NCBI GenBank assembly: GCA_051546255.1
Contig: CP128816.1
Location: forward strand, 1-64,000
Length of the DNA: 64,000 bases
Source of the DNA: Meyerozyma guilliermondii
Taxonomy: Eukaryota
Direction: 5' to 3'
In this document: positions 31,895 to 44,772 of the stretch, piece by piece
Numbering within the stretch: position 1 is the stretch's first letter
Layout: each line of letters opens with the position of its first letter
Notes under the pieces: generated by a model
Database searches by the model: none
What the model saw: only the letters and a program-made list of their open reading frames with translations
What the model was told of the DNA's origin: nothing
Program-made: the position numbers and the translations under genes

Positions 31895-33946
31895 CTAAAC
31901 AGCTAGCAAGTCCTGAAACTCGAATTTGATGTCTGGGTCTTCGTACTCCTTGATGTAGCGCTCAATTCTGTCGGCAATTTTTGCGCTGTTGAACCCAAAG
32001 TAATCGTAGACTATAGAACCAGGTAACGACTTTCCAAAAGTAGTCATGTTGAAACCGGCTGTAGCATAGCGCTCCCATCCGTTTGGGGCATAGGCTTCGA
32101 TTACAACACAAGGAACTTTACCTCTTTTCAATACCGAACGTTTGTAGTTCAACGACTGCTGTTCAAATAACCTTTGAGAAGGAAACGAAACTACTCTCGA
32201 CTTGATACCTTTGTCACGCAAAACCTTTGAAGCTCCAACTGCAAACGTGAGTTCTGCTCCCACACCAATAATTGTGATCTGTGCATCTTCATCTTCTTGT
32301 AAAAGATAGGCACCTTTTGCAACCATTTGTCGATTGGTGGTAATTTGCTGTTCAAGGTTGTGTCTAGACAATGAGATGATTGTGGGAGTATCAGCCTTCA
32401 AAGCCGCTATCCAAGCACCAGCAGTCTCCTCAGAGTCGGCTGGCCGAATATAGTTGATTTGTGGTAAGGCTCTGTAGAAAGTAGCCAACGCAATTGGCTG
32501 GTGCGTAGGTCCATCTTCTCCGAGTCCTACTGAATCATGAGTTGCAACATGAATAACTTTTAGCTTGGACAAGGCTCCATATCTGACTGCGGGGGCAGCA
32601 TAGAGATAGAACATGAAAAACGACGAAGTAACGGGAATAAAAGTTCCTGGGTTGTAGGCGGCTATCCCATTGGCTATACCTGCCATTGAGTGTTCTCTGA
32701 TACCATAGTGTAAGTATCTTCCCAGGTAATCCCCATTAGTACCACAAGCTGTGTCAATGGCAGGATTTTGAAAGTCAACCTTCGATTTCCACGATAAGTT
32801 GACCGAGGGAGAAAGATCCGCTGTACCAAAAAAAAGACTCTTGATGTTCTCGGCGAGATTTTGAACGCACAAACCACTAGATTTACGTGAAGCAGTAGGA
32901 GTTGAAGGGAATTGAGTTGGAACCAAAGATTCCCAATTGCTTGGTAGCTTTCCATTTACTCTGTTCAAGAATTCTTTGGCCAATTCGGGATGTGCCGCTT
33001 GATACTTAGTCAAAAGTTCATTCCATTGCTTCTCTTCATTTTCTTCCTTCTTGAAAAAATCATACATGTATTGCGGAACCACGATTTTTTTATCGACTGG
33101 GAACCCATTAACAGAGTGGAGTCTGTCAACTTCATCCTGACCAAATGCAGCACCATGAGCAGCAGCCGTACCTTCTATATTTGACCCATATCCAATCTTG
33201 GTTTGGACATTGACAAGAGTGGGTTTATCAGACTTTCTGGAAGCTTCAAGAGCTGTTACAATTGCTGAAACGTCTTCAGATCCATCCATGATCTCAATCA
33301 CGTTCCAATTGCAAGCCCGAAACTTTTCATTGATATTTTCGGTGTTGGTGAGATCAACAGAACCATCGCAGGTAATCTGATTATTGTCATAAATTATCGT
33401 CAAATTGTCGAGACAAAGATGACCTGCCAACGAGATAGCTTCTAAGGAAATACCCTCTTGCAAACAAGCATCGCCAACAATACAAAACGTGTGGTTGGAA
33501 ACAATTGGATATTCAGGACGATTGTATGTCGCTTGTAAATTTTTCGCAGCAATTGCTAACCCCACCGAGTTTGCTACTCCTTGGCCCAAAGCACCAGTGG
33601 TCACCTCAATACCTGGATGTTCATTTTCTGGATGTCCAGGGCAATAAGAATCCAATTCAGCAGAATGATACGACTTTAATTGGTCCAATGTCATATGCTT
33701 GTAGCCAACAAGATGATGAAAAGCATACTGGAACAAGCATGTGTGACCATTGGAAAGCACAAACCTATCCCTATTGAAGAAATTGGGATTACTAGGAGAT
33801 ATCCGTAGAACATGCTTCCATAAAGCTACACCAATTGCAGCCATTCCCATGGCTCCACCAGGATGTCCTCCATTGTACTGTTGCACCAAATCAGCAATTA
33901 GGATACGAAACGTAACCAAAATCTTGTCGTAGTCGTCGGTGGTCAT
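31895..33946 (-). CDS. Transketolase, dihydroxyacetone-synthase (DHAS)-like subgroup
   Basis: GGHPGGAMG, RDRFVLSNGHTC, GDAC...N ThDP motif, HDSVGLGEDGPTHQP. The GGHPG, NGHTC and GDAC variants are DHAS-like. First ATG at 33946. No PTS1 (ends LLAV). Confidence 0.85.
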   Translation of the reverse strand: MTTDDYDKILVTFRILIADLVQQYNGGHPGGAMGMAAIGVALWKHVLRISPSNPNFFNRDRFVLSNGHTCLFQYAFHHLVGYKHMTLDQLKSYHSAELDSYCPGHPENEHPGIEVTTGALGQGVANSVGLAIAAKNLQATYNRPEYPIVSNHTFCIVGDACLQEGISLEAISLAGHLCLDNLTIIYDNNQITCDGSVDLTNTENINEKFRACNWNVIEIMDGSEDVSAIVTALEASRKSDKPTLVNVQTKIGYGSNIEGTAAAHGAAFGQDEVDRLHSVNGFPVDKKIVVPQYMYDFFKKEENEEKQWNELLTKYQAAHPELAKEFLNRVNGKLPSNWESLVPTQFPSTPTASRKSSGLCVQNLAENIKSLFFGTADLSPSVNLSWKSKVDFQNPAIDTACGTNGDYLGRYLHYGIREHSMAGIANGIAAYNPGTFIPVTSSFFMFYLYAAPAVRYGALSKLKVIHVATHDSVGLGEDGPTHQPIALATFYRALPQINYIRPADSEETAGAWIAALKADTPTIISLSRHNLEQQITTNRQMVAKGAYLLQEDEDAQITIIGVGAELTFAVGASKVLRDKGIKSRVVSFPSQRLFEQQSLNYKRSVLKRGKVPCVVIEAYAPNGWERYATAGFNMTTFGKSLPGSIVYDYFGFNSAKIADRIERYIKEYEDPDIKFEFQDLLAV

Positions 33947-34010
33947 TCTGAATGGGTTTTCCGGACTTTCCACCACTTTTTTATGTTTTTGCACCGATGC
34001 AGTTCCAAGT

Positions 34011-34149
34011 GTGGGGGTCGCGGCAAACCCATAGCGGGTCGCGGCTACCACTTCCCGATTGGGGATGTTGCAATCTGACGTGCGTCACCAAAGTGTAATA
34101 CCGAGCGCCAAATTAGCCGCAGACCCAGGTGTGGGGAGTCTGCGGCAAC
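34011..34149. promoter_or_regulatory. Short divergent promoter with four G(G/A)GTC(T)GCGGCWA motifs and Mig1-like GTGGGG boxes
   Basis: GGGTCGCGGCAA (34015), GGGTCGCGGCTA (34036), reverse-strand GGGTCTGCGGCTA (~34114-34126), GAGTCTGCGGCAA (34136). GTGGGG at 34011 and 34131. Confidence 0.6.
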
Positions 34150-34197
34150 TTTTCACTTCTGGATTTATGTATGGCGACTCTGCTCGTCTCCCATTCA

Positions 34198-35268
34198 ATG
34201 ACTTTTACAAACCCATCGTTACAGGTGACCAAAAACCACACTCTCGAATTGAATGAGACCGCAGTAAATCGTCCTCAACCCGGACAGGTACTTTTACATG
34301 TACGCGCCACAGGAATATGTGGATCTGATATCCATTTTTGGAAAACGGGTGCAATTGGTGAGCTTAAGGTCTTGGGAAATTGTACCTTGGGCCACGAAGC
34401 GGCAGGAGAGGTGATTGAAGTGGGAGAAAATGTCACCAATGTTGCAGCCGGTGATAGAGTAGCCATTGAGCCTGGAGTTCCATGCGGAAATTGCTTTCTT
34501 TGCTCCCAGGGAGACTATAATTTGTGTGAGCAGGTCCAGTTCATTGGCGTGTATCCTTATCATGGCTCAATGCAGAGATTTTTGGTTCATGATGCTCGGT
34601 ATGTGCACAAGCTTCCTGATAATATGTCTTATGAGAAAGGTGCATTGGTGGAACCTGCTTCTGTTGCTTACCATGCCATTGAAAGAGCTCAGCTTCGGCT
34701 TGGTGGAGGAGTGCTTGTTGCTGGAGCTGGCCCAATTGGACTTTTCACGTTATTATTGGCAAAGGCATCTGGTTGTACTCCATTATGCATTACTGATATT
34801 TCTCAAGACAGACTCGACTTTGCCAAGAAATTGGTTCCAGAGTTAAAGACGTACCGTATCAACCCCAAGTTGACCCCACAAGAAACTGGATTGGAAATTA
34901 AAAAGCAATTTGGTCCTACAGAATATCATGCTCCACATGTTTCTCTCGAATGTACTGGAGTGGAATCAAGTATCAATTGTTGTGCCTATGCTACCAGAAG
35001 ATCTGGTACACTTATGGTTGTGGGAGTAGGAAAGGACGAAATAAAGATTCCTTTCATGACTTTGTCGCTTGCTGAAGTGGATGTCAAATTTATCAATCGT
35101 TACCACCATAGTTGGGCTCCTGTTATCAAGTTGATAAGTGAAGGTATTATCAAGGTAGAGCCCTTGGTTACTCATCGGTTTCCATTGGAACAAGCCAAGG
35201 CCGCTCTTGAATGCTCACAAGATCCTACATCGGGTAGTATCAAGGTGATGATAGTGGATACAGAATGA
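34198..35268 (+). CDS. Zn-dependent polyol dehydrogenase (L-arabinitol 4-dehydrogenase / sorbitol DH family)
   Basis: GICGSDIH, GHEAAG, structural Zn CxxCxxC-x7-C, GAGPIG, ECTG. Start at 34198 or 34171. Confidence 0.9.
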   Translation: MTFTNPSLQVTKNHTLELNETAVNRPQPGQVLLHVRATGICGSDIHFWKTGAIGELKVLGNCTLGHEAAGEVIEVGENVTNVAAGDRVAIEPGVPCGNCFLCSQGDYNLCEQVQFIGVYPYHGSMQRFLVHDARYVHKLPDNMSYEKGALVEPASVAYHAIERAQLRLGGGVLVAGAGPIGLFTLLLAKASGCTPLCITDISQDRLDFAKKLVPELKTYRINPKLTPQETGLEIKKQFGPTEYHAPHVSLECTGVESSINCCAYATRRSGTLMVVGVGKDEIKIPFMTLSLAEVDVKFINRYHHSWAPVIKLISEGIIKVEPLVTHRFPLEQAKAALECSQDPTSGSIKVMIVDTE

Positions 35269-38200
35269 GTAGTCGTTCTTATAAGTTTTTAGCCAATCTC
35301 TTTCTGCTCATGTAACTTGAATAAACTTGACATTGATTCGACTGCAATTGAAATTCATTGGAAACTAGATCTTCATCTCACACTAGGGCTATCAGCGAGT
35401 ATTTTGGACTTCTTCGAATGAAGCTTTGAATAACTGGGAAATGCTTCTAATTCAATTACTTGAAAGGTATTATTACCGTAGTATCATTTCCAGTAATGAG
35501 CTAGTTAGTTTTGAAAGAACAAGCTAACTACCATAAGTCATCAAAAAAAACGAATAAAGTAAAATTCAAACCAAGAAAGTAAACATAATCTTTTCAAGCA
35601 TCAAGAAATAAAGGCAAAGAGCTTTCTACACAGCCAATCTACTCATTGCAACTTTGACTTTGAAAAACGATGAAACCCAATCACGACAGAAGCCCAGCTC
35701 AAATGCAACCAAGTCACAAACAGGTAAACATTTCAATTGGGTCCGATTTCCATTTTAGGCGTTCAGATCTGGTCGCTCTTTTTGCAGCCGAGATCCACTA
35801 TGCGCCGATTGCGAGCGCGCGACGTCGAAAATTCAAAGACACCGAAAATACGAGATACTCGGTAACTTGAGCAGATTTACGGGAATTTCATATTTAGACA
35901 AAAACAGCATGAGGTGAACCCCATGCTTAACACACCCACTCTCTGGCAGAATTGAATCTCCTCAGCCAAATTCAGAGAATATTCAGCGAGGTGGCTAAGA
36001 ACAGTCCAGTGCAACTTTGTAAAGTAGAGTCAACTTTTGAGTGAGAAGCTGTCCGTGATAAAAACTGCATCGAGTAAAAAGAGAGAAGTGATAGATTTAA
36101 CAAAGTCTAACTTTGTTGAGCTAGACTATGCTTTTTTGTAGTTAGTTTGACACAAACGTAGCCAAATGTAGGTTCACGAATTCGCTGAAAAGTGAACCAG
36201 ATTCAGACTAAATCTCAGTAATCGAAACCAAGACTTCATTACTAATAACGATTTTAATGCTTATATGAACCTCTTTCTTTACAAGCAAGGGATTAAGCGA
36301 GAGTACTGGTAATCTTCCACGAATTGAATACTGTAATTTTGCAGATTATGATATTCAACAAAATCTTTAACAGTTGAATTGCCCAGAATCGTTAATGGAT
36401 GCTACTGCTGCAATGACCGACTACTACTCTAGCAAAGAAAACTGTTTCGTGATATCACAATTGAGGTAGAAATTGTAGCACACTTTTTTTCTAACTTCTT
36501 TGAGTATTTTCTCCGAGCACTTTTCTGGGCATTTCTCCAGCACTTCTGATTGGACTTTTAATCAACTTTGCACTGGCGATGGTTAGCACCATCTGCTAAC
36601 ATATACTACTAGTAATTATCACCAGAGCTAACCATTGGCTTCTCTAAATGCTACCACCCACGATATTATTAGGCTACGGAAATTCGCCAGTAGTTGATTA
36701 ACTACCGACCGGATTTCGGACTTCGAAATAACGCAATTTACGAATTTACTAATACGTAGGTATTGTTTCAACAAACCTATTGTTATCGTATTAGTAACAT
36801 TCGACCATTAGATGCAATTATGCGCGTTAAATCTTACGAAATGATCACGGTGCCGCGAAAGACAATAGAATTTGGCTACGCGGCACGATGGGCATTCGCG
36901 GGTTACGTGCACAGGCCACGCCCATACTAAATGGATGCGCGCACATGTTAGGAGCACATACTACCGTGCAGCGGTAATGCTACCCTTGAATAGCATCACA
37001 CATGCATCGTCTGCATAGCTAAGAAAGCTTTCTGCAATAGAGGAGAACGTGCAGTAATTTTCATCCCAACATTTTTCGCTGGCTTTCTATTGTTCGGAAA
37101 GCTTGGGTGATGGCCCATTTTGGACCTTCAAAGCCCCGATTCTGTCAGGAGGGTCCGACAAATTAGAGTCCGCTTTGCGATTCAATATTTTTCATGTGCA
37201 AAGGGTAGAATCATCCCAAGCGGTTGAGGCGAAAATAATATATCTTGTTTTAAGGTTTGAGCCCAAACAAAATACGAGCACACCTCATTCTCAAGTCTCT
37301 CGAAAACAACTAACTTTCGTAAAAGAAAGCCATTGTTCTCAGCAACCCTAATAATACATCGCAAGATTTACGTCGTGTAAGTTTGCTCGCAGAGCTCGTG
37401 CGGCGTCCAATCTGAAGTTGCAGAATGCGGGGATGCAAAAAATAATTCATCACAGAGTAATTGACCCCTACTGGTTGAGATCAATAGAATAAAGCTAGGA
37501 GAACACAATCAAAGAGTAGCAACAAATATGGCCAAAACGTAATAAAATGATGAAAAATGGCAAACAAATTATTGAATGCAACCGGTCCAACATAGGCTTG
37601 ACATGGTGGCTAAATCCGATAATGCATGCGCATGCATAATGCATGGATTAAAATTGGCCCAAATTACACTAAAACACGCTGATGACATTCGCACACTCGT
37701 GAACATGCAGCAAGATATGCACACCTAAAGAGTCACTGATTGCCTAATATAGGCTAGTTTCCGAAACACTCAATCTAGTCGCTTCAAAGGCAACTATAAT
37801 CGTAAATGCCGTGGACGGATGCGGCGCATTGTGTACGCATTCGGTATACGGGAACTTCCGTTGCATGTTTATCGACACTTCCTTCAATAGTCTGCAAAAC
37901 GCACCTCTGTAGTATACGATATCATAATTCTTCTCTGTTCCAAACTCGTAAGTTGCCGCTCAAGTTTCGCTCCATCGTTGCACAACTTGTACGGCAACAT
38001 TGTAAAATTTCCGTCGCAAAATTAGCCATCCATGCATTTTCCCTTTGGGCGGAATCGGCACCATAATTCGATATGCACCACGAATAAACCCGAGAAATGC
38101 GCAACCCCACGATTACTAGCTTTGCGTCGATCGTGAACATGGCCCGAAGAGGCAAAGAAACCGTCGAAACAGGCAAGGCCCCATGCTGCTGAACTTCTTG

Positions 38201-38308
38201 GCAATTGCAGCACAAATCCTTTCTCCTCTTGAGTTTTGCATCCATAGGATAATATAAAAGAACAGTTTCCAGAATGTTAGTCTTTAAAGAAGTAGCGCTG
38301 GACTGATA

Positions 38309-41698
<3,390 letters not shown>

Positions 41699-41952
41699 GA
41701 CAGCATTATTTTATAATTTCGCCTAGTACGAGGTACTACCGGACCTTTTTTCGAGTTATTTAGTTAATACCATTTTTTGATTATAAGGAAACATTCGATT
41801 GGCGCGAAAATAAGTGCGACGGCTGCGAATTGCTGTGGCTGCGAAAATGTGAGGGTGCGAAAAATGCAACGGTTGCGAAAAACTCACTTAATATCTTTTT
41901 TCTCAAATCTAAAAACACTACAGCTACTTAACAAAACAAGAACAGTTTGAGG

Positions 41953-43623
41953 TTATGCCAAACTCTTGATCGGCTGGGACTCCACAGGCTCAAGTTCCAC
42001 TTCCTTATACTCCAACTGGTTCCATTCTTCTTCCCGCTGATTATAGTGCTTGTAACAAACCCAAAAAAGGCACCCAGCTACGAAGCACGATACTGCCAAG
42101 CCGGTGTACGACCACACAAACTTGGGGTTTTCAGATGTGGAAGATAAAGCTATTCCAAGGGCTGAACCTCCAGCGTTGGTTAGCAAGAACAACGACATGA
42201 TAAACGACTTCATACTAACAGGCGCCTTTGTATAAGCGTACTCCAAGCCTGTAATGGAGGCAAAAATCTCCGACAACGCAATCAAGACATAAGCGGGAAC
42301 TTGAAGGGCAATATGGATACGATTTGGAACACCTTCAAATCCCTTGCAAGTCAAAGGTTCGTCGTAACAAGGTCCGGCTTTGTAGATGTAATGTTGCAAT
42401 ACCCCAGCATATACCATTGCAGCGGTACCAAACATGAAGCCCAAAGTGATTTTTGTGATGGACTTTAAAGGAGTGAACTTTCTAACGAATGGATATACAA
42501 AATGCTCACAGATGGGAATAAAGACAATGATAGTAATCGAGTCGATAACCTGAAGAAAATCGTTGGGCAACCCATGGAGCTCCATTTGGCCTGCTTGGGA
42601 TACAAAGTTGTTGAGCATTTGTCCATAAACCACCCAGTAGATGGGGTAGTACAAGAAAACCTTACAAGCATACACGGCTCTTTTCACTTCTTCAACAAAA
42701 TGGTCAGTCCACGGAAACTCTTTTTCAGGATTTTTCGACGGTTTGGCAGCTTCAAATGTGAACCGACTCCTTAAAGCTATCCAAGTACATTGAAAAGACT
42801 TGGCAATAACCTTATTAGAAACTGGAACTATGGTATAAGAATTCCTACCAAGAATCAATGCTGCGATAGCAATGAAGAAGAAACAGAAAGGTAAAAGGAA
42901 AGCTGCCCAGAACCCCACACGGGCCTCTAATTCAGTGGTTGCAATAATAGACAAAGAACCAATATTAATCATGAGATAGAAAAACATGAACACATTTTGT
43001 ATGGTGATTGCTGGGTCCTGCACCACTCTTTCTCCAGACTTCAAAACTTTGATAACTGGCTGGGTTTTTGGAACCTGATCTGCAATCAAAGGTGACACAT
43101 TTGACGAGATTCCACCAGTTCCAATTCCAATGATGACAATTGCAACTATATACCCTCCCAAAGCTGTGTTGTAGCTGGTAATAGCGGGAATAGACGTGAT
43201 GAACAAAATGAGGATTCCAGCCATATAAATAAGACAGAAAACCACAATGGTCTTGTACTTGCCCCAAAAAGTATCAGCAACCCAGGCTCCAAAAATCGGA
43301 GTGACATAGCACCAAAATTGGAAAAAATATGACAACGCAGTGGCTCCTTGATTTTTTAAGTTTAAAGCTCCAGGAGGAGTTCCACTAGGACCATTTTGCA
43401 TGTAGTTTTGGAAAGGTGCACTCAAACCAAAGGACGAAAAAGTTCCTGCCAACTCCACCACACCCACAAGATAACAACTAATGGGGATTTTTGCGGCAAC
43501 ATGGCGTAAATTATTTAATTCGTCCAAAGTCGGAGTTCTGCCTTCGTCGTCTTCATATGATCTTTCTCCAGAAAAGGTACCAGAGTCGATGTTGATCACG
43601 TCCAAATTCTTTTCGTTGTTCAT
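41953..43623 (-). CDS. PTR/POT-family transporter, PTR2-like, with a non-canonical substrate site
   Basis: GLSAPFQNY, GAWVADTFWGKYKTI, FYLMINIGSL, SQAGQM, SEIFASITGLEYAYTKAP. The ExxERFxYY motif reads ELAGTFSSF. Confidence 0.9.
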   Translation of the reverse strand: MNNEKNLDVINIDSGTFSGERSYEDDEGRTPTLDELNNLRHVAAKIPISCYLVGVVELAGTFSSFGLSAPFQNYMQNGPSGTPPGALNLKNQGATALSYFFQFWCYVTPIFGAWVADTFWGKYKTIVVFCLIYMAGILILFITSIPAITSYNTALGGYIVAIVIIGIGTGGISSNVSPLIADQVPKTQPVIKVLKSGERVVQDPAITIQNVFMFFYLMINIGSLSIIATTELEARVGFWAAFLLPFCFFFIAIAALILGRNSYTIVPVSNKVIAKSFQCTWIALRSRFTFEAAKPSKNPEKEFPWTDHFVEEVKRAVYACKVFLYYPIYWVVYGQMLNNFVSQAGQMELHGLPNDFLQVIDSITIIVFIPICEHFVYPFVRKFTPLKSITKITLGFMFGTAAMVYAGVLQHYIYKAGPCYDEPLTCKGFEGVPNRIHIALQVPAYVLIALSEIFASITGLEYAYTKAPVSMKSFIMSLFLLTNAGGSALGIALSSTSENPKFVWSYTGLAVSCFVAGCLFWVCYKHYNQREEEWNQLEYKEVELEPVESQPIKSLA

Positions 43624-44772
43624 TGTCACAAGTGGAGCGAGCACACCATTTTATACCTTTGTGGGATCAGATAATATGCCCTCACAGGATTTGCAGCAAG
43701 GGTCCATTCGTAATGTCACAGCCGCACGGACGCCGCACTGAAGCCACAGGGACGCTGCTGTCAAGCCCAATACGGAGCATTACAGCCACACACCCACACT
43801 AAACCAAGTCAATGAATAGAGGCTGAGCTGTGCCTCAAGGGTGCCACTTGAGCCACGACGGAGCCACGACAGCCGTGCCACATACGGCAAAGTCAGGCTA
43901 CATTGAGTAACATATACGGATTCTGGAATTTTGGTTTTGAGTGGAAGAACCGGGAGTTTTTCACACCAAATTATCAATGTTAGCTCTTTAGCGTCAGAAT
44001 GCAACCTTTAGAGCGTGCATACGACTGCAGCATACTTTGGTTATTCGCGAAGGTAAGATCTTATTTGGACCAATGAAACGATTTTGCCGTATGCCGGACT
44101 CTCACCACAGTCATGCCGTTCCCCACACTGAATCTCGTTTACTGGTGCGGCTGAGTTGATCATACGAGGAAGTGCAATGGGAAACAAGAGTGAGGAGCCT
44201 ATAAACCTGAGATGCTATAAAATGTAATTGGGTTGAGTATTGCGTGACTCGCAATATAGCTAAGCTTGGAACGAGAGCTATTTGTCGAGCATACTGGAAA
44301 TCTTATGATGATTATCACTAATAATTGTCACTTATTACCCTCACTAGTAATTGTCACTGATTTTCCTCACTAACAATTCTCACCAACTATTACTAACAGT
44401 TCACATTCGTGACTCATTCGAACTTGTGATTAGTTTATGACGCCGATCACTTCGTATCCATGACCCCGTGGTTAAAGCCTTATCGTCTACCACATGGTTG
44501 CATTGAGGAGTCATGCTTTCGGATTTACTATCGTCGGCATTGAGCCGATCTTCATTACACTCAATTTAATGACCTCGCTGATCAATTCTCGGCATAAGAC
44601 GGCAAAAGGCAACACGGCTGGACGGAAGACGGCTCGGCTATCACCTCGACGTCACCATGCGTCAGATGGTTCCTCGAATCACATCAATGCACCGAGATGA
44701 CTTTAATTTACGAACTCGAACACATTGTCTTGGCATGCATTTAAATATCCACCCAAACGGCCCCGAAGGCCA

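Noticed and set aside
31895..33946. Methanol-utilisation locus
   Set aside because: No alcohol oxidase or DHA kinase in the window and no peroxisomal targeting signal.
33947..34170. N-terminal extensions of the transketolase and dehydrogenase in the ORF track
   Set aside because: They begin at GTG and run through the shared promoter; the downstream ATGs fit family starts.
36850..36886. Inverted repeat GTGCCGCG...CGCGGCAC as a MITE end
   Set aside because: Only 8 bp, no target-site duplication and no second copy; at most a TF site.
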